Assembly: GCA_964426725.1 (NCBI GenBank) | Contig: CAYRRV010000004.1 | Coordinates: 81,391 to 145,390, forward strand | Source: an uncultured Bacteroidales bacterium | GTDB lineage: Bacteria; Bacteroidota; Bacteroidia; Bacteroidales; CAYRRV01 | Direction: 5' to 3' | Length of the DNA stretch: 64,000 bases | Shown: one piece after another, positions 1 to 10,341 of the stretch | Layout of the letters: each line of letters starts with the position of its first letter | Numbering within the stretch: the stretch's first letter is position 1 | Position numbers and translations under genes: made by a program | Notes under the pieces: generated by a model | Seen by the model: the letters and a program-made list of their open reading frames with translations, nothing else | What the model was told of the DNA's origin: nothing | Databases searched by the model: none

Positions 1-2
1 TA

Positions 3-179
3 TACTACCCTGTTACCGAGTTTTATACTCCCGGCGCAGAAAGGGGTATCCGCTTTGATGATCCAGCTTTCAACATAAAATGGCCTGTACCTGTTAGCGT
101 TGTTTCGGAAAAGGATAGTAATCATCCTCCCTTTGACCTTAATACTTTTCAAAAACCACTTAATAAACCCAAACCATGA
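3..179 (+). CDS. C-terminal fragment (58 aa) of an RmlC-like cupin NDP-4-keto-6-deoxyhexose 3,5- (or 3-) epimerase; runs off the left edge of the window
   Basis: Frame 3 translates to YYPVTEFYTPGAERGIRFDDPAFNIKWPVPV...KPKP*, which resembles the conserved C-terminus of dTDP-4-dehydrorhamnose 3,5-epimerase-like proteins. Its TGA (177-179) overlaps the ATG of the next gene (ATGA). Confidence 0.6.
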   Translation, partial: YYPVTEFYTPGAERGIRFDDPAFNIKWPVPVSVVSEKDSNHPPFDLNTFQKPLNKPKP

Positions 180-1351
180 TACATACATCATGTCCTAACT
201 GTGGAGCCAATACAATAGAAGACTTTTTTGTAGTTAAAAATGCCCCTACACAAAGCCTTTTAACAATAGATAATTACGAGGAAGCTATCAATATACCTAA
301 AAAAGATATAACCCTTGCCTTTTGTTTTAATTGCGGGTTTATTTTCAATAGCTCCTTTGATACAACCATTGATTATTACACGAAAGGGTATGAAGACCAA
401 CAAGGATTCTCACCTACTTTCAAGAAATTTATAACGGCTGTTACCAATCGATTCATTGATAAGTATGACGTGCGAAATAAAGACGTGATCGAGATTGGTT
501 GCGGGAAAGGAGATTTCATTTCCTTATTGTGCGAGCTGGGTAATAACCGTGGTATTGGAATAGACCCGGCTTTTGTTGAAGGAAGATTAAAACCAAACCC
601 CAACCTCAGTTTTATAAAAGAGTTTTACTCGGAAAACCATGGGGATTTACCCAACGATGTAATCACCTGCAGGCATACACTCGAACACATTCACGACACG
701 CGAGAATTCATGAGAATCATTCGCTCTTCAATTAAAGAAGAGGATGATCAAACATTATTATTCTTTGAAGTACCATCTATAGTGAGAATATTAAAAATAC
801 AGGCCTTCTGGGACATTTTCTACGAACATTGTACATACCTGAGCCCTGGATCAATGGCCAGGCTGTTTCGCCTTAACAATTTCGAGGTTCTTGACATGTA
901 CCTCGAGTATGATGATCAATATTTATTCATTGAAGCAAGGCCTGTAGAAGGAAAACCGGAAAAAATTCATCACCTGGAAGAAAGTGTTGATGAACTATGG
1001 AATCTCGTGCAGGAATTTGTCATTAAAATTAACAAAACACTTGATAGATGGAAAACGCTTCTCATCGGTTACAAGAAAAGGAATAAAAAAGTAGTTGTTT
1101 GGGGAGGGGGATCCAAATCCGTAGGCTTTCTTACAAACATGAATGAAATTGGCGTGATAGAACACGTGGTCGATATAAACCCTCATATGACCGGCAACTA
1201 TATTCCCGGTATCGGAATTCAATATAAAAATCCTGAATTCCTGAAAGATTACAAACCCGATGCCGTGATTATCATGAACGGCGTTTACACGAATGAAATC
1301 AGGGAATCGCTGAATAATATGGGATTAGACCCGGTATTACACGCGTTATAA
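176..1351 (+). CDS. NDP-hexose C-methyltransferase (TylCIII/EvaC-type): N-terminal zinc ribbon, class I SAM methyltransferase fold and a C-methyltransferase C-terminal domain
   Basis: CPNCG...CFNCGF zinc-ribbon pairs, the SAM motif VIEIGCGKGDF, a length of about 390 aa and a C-terminal VVWGGGSKS Rossmann-like segment. It is translationally coupled to the upstream epimerase. Confidence 0.75.
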   Translation: MIHTSCPNCGANTIEDFFVVKNAPTQSLLTIDNYEEAINIPKKDITLAFCFNCGFIFNSSFDTTIDYYTKGYEDQQGFSPTFKKFITAVTNRFIDKYDVRNKDVIEIGCGKGDFISLLCELGNNRGIGIDPAFVEGRLKPNPNLSFIKEFYSENHGDLPNDVITCRHTLEHIHDTREFMRIIRSSIKEEDDQTLLFFEVPSIVRILKIQAFWDIFYEHCTYLSPGSMARLFRLNNFEVLDMYLEYDDQYLFIEARPVEGKPEKIHHLEESVDELWNLVQEFVIKINKTLDRWKTLLIGYKKRNKKVVVWGGGSKSVGFLTNMNEIGVIEHVVDINPHMTGNYIPGIGIQYKNPEFLKDYKPDAVIIMNGVYTNEIRESLNNMGLDPVLHAL

Positions 1352-1368
1352 AAAAACAAAATAAAATT

Positions 1369-2370
1369 ATGGAAAAAAAAGCTACGCGACCTTTAGTTTC
1401 ATTGGGAGTACCTGTTTATAACAAGGGCGAATTTTTAAGTGAATGTCTGCAAAGCATCCTGGATCAGGAATATCAGAATTGGGAATGCGTGATTATTGAT
1501 AATCAAAGTACCGACAATTCCAATGAAGTTGCAAGGCATTTTGCAGAAAAAGATAAACGATTTATCCTGATAAGAAATGAATCATTTGCTGACCAGACAA
1601 CCAATTGGAATATAGCCTTTAAAAAAAGTAATCAAAATGCAAAATACTTTAAACTTGTCCTAGCCGATGATTGGCTTTTCCCAAATTATCTTACTGAGAT
1701 GGTAAGCTTAATGGAAAAGGATGATTCAATTGGAGTATCTTCTTCCTATCAAATCAATGGCCGCAGGGTAACAGGCTGGGGACTTGACTATTATGATGGC
1801 GAGGTGTTGGATGGATTAAAAGTATTAAAAGATCAATTATACCGGAGAGTCGAGATTGCTGGTTCAGCCAATACCGTGTTAATGAGAAATGAAACGCTTA
1901 AAAAGGTTCCCACGTATCCCGACATTTACCATCAGGGAAGCTACATGATTGATGTCGAATTATTCTATGACCTGTTAAACGTTTCCAATTTAGGGTTTAA
2001 ACATAAGATACTCAGTTACACGCGAAGATATGAAGATACATACACGCACCAGTATACCACAGGATTTCAGGGACAATTAGCAGGAAATAACTACCAACTA
2101 TATAAATACAAACACTTGGATGAAGGACTGGAGAAAGTTTACCGCCATCACCGGATGAATTATGCTTATTTTTACGCGAAGGCTTTACTCTTTAATAATA
2201 AAGACTTCATAAAATGGCATAACAGGTATTTACATGTCCCATTTACTCGTGGTGAACTCACCCGTGCCATTTTACTGAAAAATCCGGTAATGCAATTATT
2301 TTCTGAACTGTTAATCAGACTCCGTTTGAAAAAAAGAGTTCAGGTATTTCAATATCCCAGTTTTACATAA
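1369..2370 (+). CDS. Family 2 glycosyltransferase
   Basis: N-terminal SLGVPVYNKGEFLSECLQSILDQEYQNWECVIIDNQSTDNS and a later DD motif (LADDW). Confidence 0.85.
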   Translation: MEKKATRPLVSLGVPVYNKGEFLSECLQSILDQEYQNWECVIIDNQSTDNSNEVARHFAEKDKRFILIRNESFADQTTNWNIAFKKSNQNAKYFKLVLADDWLFPNYLTEMVSLMEKDDSIGVSSSYQINGRRVTGWGLDYYDGEVLDGLKVLKDQLYRRVEIAGSANTVLMRNETLKKVPTYPDIYHQGSYMIDVELFYDLLNVSNLGFKHKILSYTRRYEDTYTHQYTTGFQGQLAGNNYQLYKYKHLDEGLEKVYRHHRMNYAYFYAKALLFNNKDFIKWHNRYLHVPFTRGELTRAILLKNPVMQLFSELLIRLRLKKRVQVFQYPSFT

Positions 2371-2432
2371 ATAAATGAATTATACTTTTTTTTGAACTAG
2401 AGTTCCTGAAGAAATATCAACACTTTGAAAAC

Positions 2433-3266
2433 ATGTTGAAAAATATTTATCTAAAATACATACGAAATACATTTATTTTTAGGCTTTTAAGGTTTCATGT
2501 CAAACTTAACACGAAACGGAATAAAGATAAAATTGAAAGGATATTTATAACCGGCGTTGGCAGGGGACTGGGACGACTTTTAACCATTCATTTTGCCCAG
2601 AACGGCTATAAGGTTATCGGAACAGATATTCTCCCCCACCATGACCTGGATGAGCAGGTTAAATCTTCCCTGGAGAAATTCTACCGCTTCGATTTAAGGA
2701 ATTTGATGGGTATTCCGGTTTTCGTGGAAAAAATAATAGCAGAAAATGAGAAAATCGACGTACTCATAAATAATGCCGGGATCCTGAATTTTAAATTGCT
2801 GGATAAATACAATACTGAAGAAATTGTCGAAATGATAAATGTAAACCTTACTTCGGCAATTATTATTACAAGATATTTTTTGCCTGCAATGATAAAACAA
2901 AAATTTGGCAGGATTATTCTTATATCTTCGGTTTCGGCATTTGGAGGGGCAGATAAACTTGGAATATATTCACCAACAAAAAGTGGATTAATGTTATTTA
3001 GTGACTCTTTAGCAAAGGATTTTGAAAATAACAGGGAGGGTAATATAACGATTAATTCTGTTAATCCCGACCGCATCAATACTCCTGAATACATGAAGGA
3101 AATCCCGGGAATTAACCTCAAAGGGCTGATATCTTCCAGTAAAATTTTCAGTAAAATCTTAAAAATAATAAATAGTGATGTAAATGGAGGTGTCTTCTCT
3201 ATTTTTAGTTTTGGTAAGAAATGGAAATATTTCCTTGCCTGTTCGCACCGGCTTTTTCAAACCTGA
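2433..3266 (+). CDS. Short-chain dehydrogenase/reductase (SDR)
   Basis: ITGVGRGLGR (TGxxxGxG), NNAG, and the S...YSPTKSG catalytic YxxxK. The N-terminal extension of about 37 aa leaves the start uncertain. Confidence 0.8.
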   Translation: MLKNIYLKYIRNTFIFRLLRFHVKLNTKRNKDKIERIFITGVGRGLGRLLTIHFAQNGYKVIGTDILPHHDLDEQVKSSLEKFYRFDLRNLMGIPVFVEKIIAENEKIDVLINNAGILNFKLLDKYNTEEIVEMINVNLTSAIIITRYFLPAMIKQKFGRIILISSVSAFGGADKLGIYSPTKSGLMLFSDSLAKDFENNREGNITINSVNPDRINTPEYMKEIPGINLKGLISSSKIFSKILKIINSDVNGGVFSIFSFGKKWKYFLACSHRLFQT

Positions 3267-3501
3267 TTTAAAAATATGCACCAGTAAAGGTAAATAATTA
3301 TCCTTCGTTTCAATATGGATTACATGTAAATAATTCACTGTTGAACGAACAAAAAACATGAATTTATACTCTGTATGTAAATTTTAAATCAAAATGTATA
3401 GTAAGCATCCAGTTAAGCAATATAAGTTAAGCGAAATCACTAAACCTGGGTAGAAATAGGATTTCTCGTAAGATGAGAGAATGAGTTAATAGTTTAGAAG
3501 A

Positions 3502-4953
3502 ATGAGTTTCAGACGAAGTTTTTTCAAAAACGTAATAACATTAGGCGGGTATAATTATGGCTCACAGATTCTAAATTTTCTGTCGTCTATAGTATTATCC
3601 AGGTTGCTTCTACCCGAGGAATACGGGTTTGTAGCTCTTATCATGGTATTCACAGGTTTTATTATCATATTTGCTGACGCCGGATTATCTTATGCAGTGA
3701 TAAGAAGTGATTATGGAAGAACATACCAAAAAGTTCTGCAATCATTATCTATATGGATAGGTATTGGCCTTTCCATATTATTAATACTTCTTGCTTACCC
3801 GATTGCTCTTTTTTATGGTGACATGGAACTGGTGATACCCACGATATTTACTTCACTGCTTTTTGTCACGAAGTCGCTCTCCATTATACCTGTTGCAATA
3901 TTATCTAAAAATCTGGATTTCAATTTCCTGGGGAAAGCGAAAATGTCTGAAACCATTATAAGTATCACGCTAATGATCATACTGGCTTTGTTGGGATTTT
4001 CATATTGGTCGCTCATAATAGCCCAGGTTTTTTCCCCGCTCGCGCTATTTTTCATGGCCAGGTACAGGTTGAATTTTGGCTTTTATATTTACAACTGGAA
4101 ATTCATCAAGTTTGGATTTCAAAAAACGAAAAGCCTTATTGGTAATATCACGGGTTTCAATATTATAAATTACTGGGCAAGAAACGCGGATAATCTTATT
4201 ATAGGTAAATTTTACGGGAGTGCCAGCCTGGGAATATATAACCGTGCATACCGGATGTTGCAACTGGCACTTACTCTTATTACAGGATTATTTGGTACCG
4301 TTCTTTATCCCAGTCTTAAAGATCTGGAATCGAAAGGGGGGAACATCAATAAAGAATACGCGAATATACTCGGCGTGATAAGCATTTTAAGCTTTCCCAT
4401 TGCACTCGTGTTAATCCTTTTTCCCGATACCATAGTTTACGTTCTTTGGGGAAACAATTGGATGAAAGTTGCCAATTTACTACCCTATTTCGGGCTACTT
4501 ATAATTTCACAGACACTGCTTTCTACAAATGGTAGTGTATTTGTTCTTTTAAACAAAGAACGAATGGTAATGTTATTGGGAGGAATAACATCCGTGATTC
4601 TTGTTTTTTCAATTGTAATTGGTTCACTTATTTCTGTTGAAGGAGTCGCGGTTTTTTATGCTCTCGGGTACATTGGTCTTGTTCTGCCAATTAGTGTTTA
4701 TTATTCGTTTTATAAATCTTTCGGTTTTGAAGTCCGGGAAATTATCAATTTCTGGACACCAAAGTTTGTCTTATCACTGTCCGTGCTTTTCTCGTTATGG
4801 TTCAGAATAGAATGGCTGAAACTGTTATCCATGTTGCTTTTGATGATTCATATAATATACTATCAACGAAATGATATCAGGAGTTTTACAAGGTTAATCA
4901 AGGAAAATCTTGCTAAAAGAAAAAGTATTAAAGACACCAAAAATGGAAAATAA
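3502..4953 (+). CDS. wzx: Wzx-type oligosaccharide flippase (MOP/polysaccharide biosynthesis protein family)
   Basis: 483 aa with about 12-14 hydrophobic segments, typical N-terminal F.KN....GG......L.F......SRLL.PE.YG, and its position in the locus. Confidence 0.8.
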   Translation: MSFRRSFFKNVITLGGYNYGSQILNFLSSIVLSRLLLPEEYGFVALIMVFTGFIIIFADAGLSYAVIRSDYGRTYQKVLQSLSIWIGIGLSILLILLAYPIALFYGDMELVIPTIFTSLLFVTKSLSIIPVAILSKNLDFNFLGKAKMSETIISITLMIILALLGFSYWSLIIAQVFSPLALFFMARYRLNFGFYIYNWKFIKFGFQKTKSLIGNITGFNIINYWARNADNLIIGKFYGSASLGIYNRAYRMLQLALTLITGLFGTVLYPSLKDLESKGGNINKEYANILGVISILSFPIALVLILFPDTIVYVLWGNNWMKVANLLPYFGLLIISQTLLSTNGSVFVLLNKERMVMLLGGITSVILVFSIVIGSLISVEGVAVFYALGYIGLVLPISVYYSFYKSFGFEVREIINFWTPKFVLSLSVLFSLWFRIEWLKLLSMLLLMIHIIYYQRNDIRSFTRLIKENLAKRKSIKDTKNGK

Positions 4954-5872
4954 AGAACTGGTAAGTGTAATAATTCCCACTTATAACAGGGCACATATTA
5001 TTAAACGAGCGATAAAAAGCGTCTTAAATCAGACACATGAAAACCTGGAAATAATTGTAATAGATGATGCTTCAACCGATAATACCCATGAAATAGTTGG
5101 ATCAATTCGCGATAACCGTGTATCCTATATCAGGCATGAGACGAATAAAAATGGATCGGCCGCGAGAAATACAGGCATGAAAAAAGCAAGAGGGAATTAT
5201 ATCGCCTTTCTGGATTCAGATGATATATGGAACGAGAAAAAAACAGAACAACAATTGGATAGAATTAAAAGCGCGGGGAATGAATACGGTGCGGTTTATT
5301 GTTCCTATATAAATTATTACGAGGATAAAGGTGTTAAAGAGTTTTCAAATAAAGCTGCCAATTTAGAAGGAAATGTAAGAAAAGCATTGCTCGGGGGCTG
5401 GTGTCCCAGTACAACTTCGCTCTTTATGATTCGGGTGGAAGCCCGGGATGCAGGACTATTTTTTGATGAGAATCTCAAGAGTTTTCAGGATCATGATTAT
5501 TGGATCCGTGTATCCGAAAAATTTAAATTCTGTGCAGTCAACAATTATTTAGTAACTAAATATGAACATGCTGGAATTCAGGTAGCAAAAAATCTTGTCC
5601 CAAGGATTGAATCGATTAATACCTTTTTGGATAAATGGCATAACGAGATACATGAATACGCTGGGAAAAAAGCTTTCGCGAAATTCCGGGGTGATAAGAT
5701 ATATTCAGTCTGCAGGGCTACGCTGGTTGAAAAAAAACAATCACTGAATCGTGAAGATGTTAATCTGGTATTCAAAAACATCATGGCAATTCCCTGGTAT
5801 TCAAATTTAAGGTATTTTAAAATGTTTTTGCGGTCGTTTATACTTAAATTGGTCTATTTAAATAATCCGTGA
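4943..5872 (+). CDS. Family 2 glycosyltransferase
   Basis: VSVIIPTYNRAHIIKRAIKSVLNQTHENLEIIVIDDASTDNT and a DSDD motif. The ATG at 4943 is preferred over the TTG at 4910. It overlaps the wzx stop by 11 nt. Confidence 0.85.
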   Translation: MENKELVSVIIPTYNRAHIIKRAIKSVLNQTHENLEIIVIDDASTDNTHEIVGSIRDNRVSYIRHETNKNGSAARNTGMKKARGNYIAFLDSDDIWNEKKTEQQLDRIKSAGNEYGAVYCSYINYYEDKGVKEFSNKAANLEGNVRKALLGGWCPSTTSLFMIRVEARDAGLFFDENLKSFQDHDYWIRVSEKFKFCAVNNYLVTKYEHAGIQVAKNLVPRIESINTFLDKWHNEIHEYAGKKAFAKFRGDKIYSVCRATLVEKKQSLNREDVNLVFKNIMAIPWYSNLRYFKMFLRSFILKLVYLNNP

Positions 5873-5906
5873 TTGAACAAAAACAAGAAGAAACCATTTA
5901 CTAAAT

Positions 5907-7187
5907 GTGAGAGCATTGACAACAAAAAAACCATTCAGGTATTTAATCCCGGATATTGCAGTAAAGCGGGGTATTCTTATCTTTTTGATTCTCGCGTCGC
6001 TGGAATTATTCAGGTTTATTCCGCTTGCCGGTCTCGTGAACCCTATGAGCCTGGCAGCAATCGGCATAATGATTGCCGTGGTCCTTTTTCATATCGTCTA
6101 CGATAAGGGTCATATACCGGTGAAAATGAACTTCAGTCTCGAGGTTATTCTCATACTTGTCTCGGTATTTCTCAGCATGTTCATTGCTTATGCAGGCCAT
6201 GGTCAGGATTTTACCACCACGCTAATCGCGCAAAGGTTCATGTATTTTCACCTCTTCTATTTTGTATTACACATTTTCCATTTTGACAGGCACTATATTA
6301 CACGGCTTATCATTTACCTGGGTCTGGTTTACGTGGTTTTATACATCATCCAGTATATCCTCTACCCAACTATTCTGTTTGGTGGTAACGTAAGAGAAGA
6401 CAGAGGAACTGTCCGTATATTTCTTGCCGGACTTGGTTATGCTGTAACGGCCTATTTTATTTGCCTTTTCCAGTATTTTGCATTTAAACGAGCAAGATAC
6501 CTGTTTTTAATGTTTATCTTCCTGATCATTTTTATATTGATGGGAACCCGGCAACTGCTTTTTGGTACTATATTTCTGACCTTAATGAGCATAATTTTCT
6601 CCAAAAAAGTACATTCCAAGTTCGGGATAATTTCACTTTCTATACTTTCTGTTATTCCGGTTTATTTCATGTTCCAGGAGATTTTTCAAAACATGGTAGA
6701 GGTTACCCTGGAGCAAAGGAGCGAAGGTGATGAGAATATCAGGGTAAGAGCGGCATTATTTTTTCTCGGTAATCTATTTCCCAACAAAATGGCATACATT
6801 CTTGGTAATGGTGCGCACAGTCTCAATTCATCTTTCGGCCAAAAAATCTGGATGTACAAGGAAGTTTTTGGTTTCTACCAGTCAGATATTGGAATTATCG
6901 GAGACTATACCAAATTTGGAATCCTTTTTGTTGTTGCAGAAATTATGATAATTGTTAAAGCTATTCGTCTCAAGCAGGGAGAGTACATCAAATATATTCG
7001 TTATCTGTTTATCTTCAAGTTATTTACCTTATTTACCGGTGGCGGATTTTTAACCAGCACGAATGCCATGGTTTCAAACTATCTGATTTTATACATATTG
7101 GACATATATCTCGCTGAACAAAAACAGGACTCGGTTGTTCCATCTGAAACTGTTGACCAAAAGCCAGAAGTATTGTATTCGGGATAA
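5907..7187 (+). CDS. Wzy-like O-antigen/EPS polymerase (multi-pass membrane protein)
   Basis: 426 aa with more than 10 hydrophobic helices and one larger loop, no other family motif, and a position next to wzx and glycosyltransferases. GTG start. Confidence 0.55.
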   Translation: MRALTTKKPFRYLIPDIAVKRGILIFLILASLELFRFIPLAGLVNPMSLAAIGIMIAVVLFHIVYDKGHIPVKMNFSLEVILILVSVFLSMFIAYAGHGQDFTTTLIAQRFMYFHLFYFVLHIFHFDRHYITRLIIYLGLVYVVLYIIQYILYPTILFGGNVREDRGTVRIFLAGLGYAVTAYFICLFQYFAFKRARYLFLMFIFLIIFILMGTRQLLFGTIFLTLMSIIFSKKVHSKFGIISLSILSVIPVYFMFQEIFQNMVEVTLEQRSEGDENIRVRAALFFLGNLFPNKMAYILGNGAHSLNSSFGQKIWMYKEVFGFYQSDIGIIGDYTKFGILFVVAEIMIIVKAIRLKQGEYIKYIRYLFIFKLFTLFTGGGFLTSTNAMVSNYLILYILDIYLAEQKQDSVVPSETVDQKPEVLYSG

Positions 7188-7285
7188 CATATTTGTGAGC
7201 CATCTCGAAGAGGACTTTACAGGTTTGATTTACTTAAAAAAACAGGTCTTCCCGGGTACACGAAATTTGAAAAACGATTTTCTTT

Positions 7286-8359
7286 ATGCAGAAAGAACAA
7301 TCCATTGAAACACTGCGTGGTTTAGCCGTGATTCTCATGGTGACTGGACATGTAATAGGTCATGATAAATACTCGGGTCTCAGGGTAGATGATGATTCGG
7401 TATACAGGTATCTCTATTTTTCACTTGCATTTCTAAGAATGCCTCTTTTTACTGCTATCTCAGGTTATGTATACGGGTTAAAACCTTTACATACAGGAAA
7501 CTTAAAAAAATTTATAGGAGGGAAGGCCAGAAGATTATTATTTCCCTTATTTACAGTCGGAACCATTCAGTATTTACTCAAAACAGTTATACCTGGCATT
7601 AACCATCCGGCAATATTATCAGGTATCTGGAAAATATACATTTATCCTTTTGATCAGTTTTGGTTTTTACAAGCCATTTTCATAGTATTTGCTACAATTG
7701 CATTATTGGAATATTACAATTTAATGAATTCATTAAAGCGATGGTTGATAGTGCTTGCCGGGACAATTTTATTTGTTCTTTTCCTGCCAAAATTTACATC
7801 TGTTTTCTCATTCCAGGGTTATTTGTACCTGCTTCCCTTCTTTATCCTGGGCTTGGGAATAAAGAGGTTCGAGAAATACATTTTTACTTCACGTTACATT
7901 CCCTTCTATATAATGATTCTGATAATCGGTATTTTTATCCAACAATTAACATGGTATAAAAACTATGATTTAAACGTTGAAAGAACGAGCTCGATAAGTA
8001 TTATTTCAGGATTTGCTGGTATTACTCTACTTTTTTATACCAGGAAACATCTACCCCTCCTCTCTCATGTTGGGTATTACTCTTATGCAATATATCTCTT
8101 TCACATTTTTAGTACCGCGGGTACAAGATTACTATTAAAGGGATGGATAGGAGTGTATAACACCATGGCTTTATTTACAATTGACTTAATTGCAGGCATC
8201 ACGCTTCCTATTATCGCCGAGAGGCTTATCATGACTAATAAATATTTCAAAACTGCTTTCCTGGGACTCCGCTTTAAAGGCACTGATCATTATTTTTCAT
8301 TTTTTGAAAAATTTATTCCCCAAAAAGTATATTTCACGAGGATTTTTAATAAATCCTGA
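7286..8359 (+). CDS. Acyltransferase family 3 (membrane O-acetyltransferase)
   Basis: N-terminal IETLRGLAVILMVTGHV and about 10 TM segments, typical of the OafA/WecH-type acyltransferase_3 family. Confidence 0.8.
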   Translation: MQKEQSIETLRGLAVILMVTGHVIGHDKYSGLRVDDDSVYRYLYFSLAFLRMPLFTAISGYVYGLKPLHTGNLKKFIGGKARRLLFPLFTVGTIQYLLKTVIPGINHPAILSGIWKIYIYPFDQFWFLQAIFIVFATIALLEYYNLMNSLKRWLIVLAGTILFVLFLPKFTSVFSFQGYLYLLPFFILGLGIKRFEKYIFTSRYIPFYIMILIIGIFIQQLTWYKNYDLNVERTSSISIISGFAGITLLFYTRKHLPLLSHVGYYSYAIYLFHIFSTAGTRLLLKGWIGVYNTMALFTIDLIAGITLPIIAERLIMTNKYFKTAFLGLRFKGTDHYFSFFEKFIPQKVYFTRIFNKS

Positions 8360-8415
8360 ACAAATGGCTTAAAAGCGGGTTATACAGCATGGTATTTTTT
8401 CATTAACCATAAACG

Positions 8416-9381
8416 ATGACAACATCACACATGAAAAAGATTATTTACCATACAGCAGATATTGTTCTTTCTCCCCTCACCTTAATTTTTGCCTGGTTTT
8501 TCAAACTCCTCAGGGAGTCTTTATTCCGGCATTTCCCGGTTAGCAGAAAAATTTTTTACAAAATTGGGGTTTACCCTATCCGGGATCATTATTATGATCC
8601 CCTTTTTCATCCAAAACACCTGAACCGCTCTCTCAGGAAGAAAAGATTTCTTCCCGGTATTGATTTTAATGATGAGGAACAGCTTAAAATACTAGATTCT
8701 TTTCATTATAATCAAGAGCTGGTAAGCATTCCCAGGGAAAAAAGTTCAAAGCTTGAATATGCTTATAATTATGGACAGTTCAGGTCGGGCGATGCTGAAT
8801 TTTTTTATAATATAATTCGTAAATACAAACCCTCCAGGTTAATCGAAATTGGAAGTGGCTCTTCAACTCTCCTCGCGATGAAAGCCATAAAGGCAAATCA
8901 GAACGAATCGCCTGATTATCAGTGTGAACATATTTGTATTGAACCCTTCGAGGCAAGTTGGCTAGAGGAAACAGGCGCCAAAATTATCAGGGAAAGAGTT
9001 GAAAATTTAGATCCCTCCTTTTTTCAACAACTTGGCAATAACGACATCCTATTTATTGATTCGTCTCATATCATCAGACCCCAGGGAGACGTTTTATTCG
9101 AGTATTTGGAAGTATTACCATCACTAAACCCGGGTGTGATTGTTCATATCCACGATATTTTCTCACCCAGGGATATTCTCGATGAATGGATCACGGAGGC
9201 AAGATTCTGGAATGAACAGTACCTTTTGGAAGCATTCCTTACCTTCAATAAAACATTCAGGATCATTGGTGCAGTAAATTATCTTTCACACGAGTATCCC
9301 GAGGCATTCAAAGCCAAATGCCCTGTATTTGCAGAAGAAAAAGGACGAGAACCGGGTTCATTCTGGATCATCAGAGAATAG
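8416..9381 (+). CDS. Class I SAM-dependent methyltransferase (Methyltransf_24-like, polysaccharide modification)
   Basis: LIEIGSGSSTLL glycine-rich SAM loop, an acidic residue downstream (CIEPFE) and an FIDSSH motif. Confidence 0.55.
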   Translation: MTTSHMKKIIYHTADIVLSPLTLIFAWFFKLLRESLFRHFPVSRKIFYKIGVYPIRDHYYDPLFHPKHLNRSLRKKRFLPGIDFNDEEQLKILDSFHYNQELVSIPREKSSKLEYAYNYGQFRSGDAEFFYNIIRKYKPSRLIEIGSGSSTLLAMKAIKANQNESPDYQCEHICIEPFEASWLEETGAKIIRERVENLDPSFFQQLGNNDILFIDSSHIIRPQGDVLFEYLEVLPSLNPGVIVHIHDIFSPRDILDEWITEARFWNEQYLLEAFLTFNKTFRIIGAVNYLSHEYPEAFKAKCPVFAEEKGREPGSFWIIRE

Positions 9382-9438
9382 AATTAAGCATAAACATTTC
9401 AGGCACCAAAAACGTTTTAAATTTAAGTTGAATTTTTT

Positions 9439-10341
9439 ATGAAACTGGCAATTATAATACCCGTGCATAATGGTCTGAATTACACCAGGGAATGTTTGAA
9501 AGAACTCCATAATCAGACGAGAAAAGTTATTGGTAGTTCTGTTGAAATTATAGTGGTTGATGATGGTTCTACAGACGGGACCTCGAACTGGATCGCCTCC
9601 AATTATCCAAGGGTTCACATTTTAAAGGGAAATGGATCCTTGTGGTGGAGCGGGTCGGTGAACACGGGTGTAGAATACGCGATAGACAAATTATCAAGTG
9701 ATTATATCCTTTGGTGGAACAATGACGTGATACCCGCTTCTGCCTATTTGCCATCTCTCTTTGAGATTATCGAGAAAAGCAACCCGAATGAGATCATTGG
9801 TTCTAAAGTTTACAGGTCAGAAAAACGGGATATTATCTGGGCAATGGGAGGGGTATTTAATCCCAGAACTGGCTGGAAAGATATGATTGGTTTTAACACG
9901 CAGGACGGGCCTGAATATAATATACCCCTTGAAGTTGACTGGCTCCCGGGAATGGGATCTTGTTTTCCTGCCAGGGTATTCAATGAGACCGGGCTACTCA
10001 ATGCAAAAGTATTTCCCCAGTATCACGGTGATATTGATTTTACCTGGAGGGCAAAACTAAAAGGATACAAGATCGTGGTTTACCCGCGACTTCAATTATA
10101 CAATCATACTGAAAATACAAGTAAAAAACACGAGGGAAGCATTAAAAGTCTCCGGGACAGCCTTACAACCATAAAATCGAACTACAATATCAAAAAGGAT
10201 ATTTTGTTTTACAGAAAATACGCGCGTTCTCCGCTTGCATACAAAATTCTCTTTTTAAAATATGGCAGATATATCGGTGGGTTCCTTAAATGGAAACTCC
10301 TGAATTTTTTTGGAATCAGGAAAACAACTCTGTTTGCATGA
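9439..10341 (+). CDS. Family 2 glycosyltransferase
   Basis: LAIIIPVHNGLNYTRECLKEL...IIVVDDGSTDGT and NNDV. Confidence 0.85.
   Translation: MKLAIIIPVHNGLNYTRECLKELHNQTRKVIGSSVEIIVVDDGSTDGTSNWIASNYPRVHILKGNGSLWWSGSVNTGVEYAIDKLSSDYILWWNNDVIPASAYLPSLFEIIEKSNPNEIIGSKVYRSEKRDIIWAMGGVFNPRTGWKDMIGFNTQDGPEYNIPLEVDWLPGMGSCFPARVFNETGLLNAKVFPQYHGDIDFTWRAKLKGYKIVVYPRLQLYNHTENTSKKHEGSIKSLRDSLTTIKSNYNIKKDILFYRKYARSPLAYKILFLKYGRYIGGFLKWKLLNFFGIRKTTLFA

Noticed and set aside
2681-3121. 146-aa minus-strand ORF
   Set aside because: It is antisense to the SDR gene, which has clear TGxxxGxG and YxxxK motifs, so it is a shadow ORF. The many other 60-130-aa antisense ORFs inside large genes were rejected for the same reason, for example within 19523-23758, 55163-57814 and 46801-49194.
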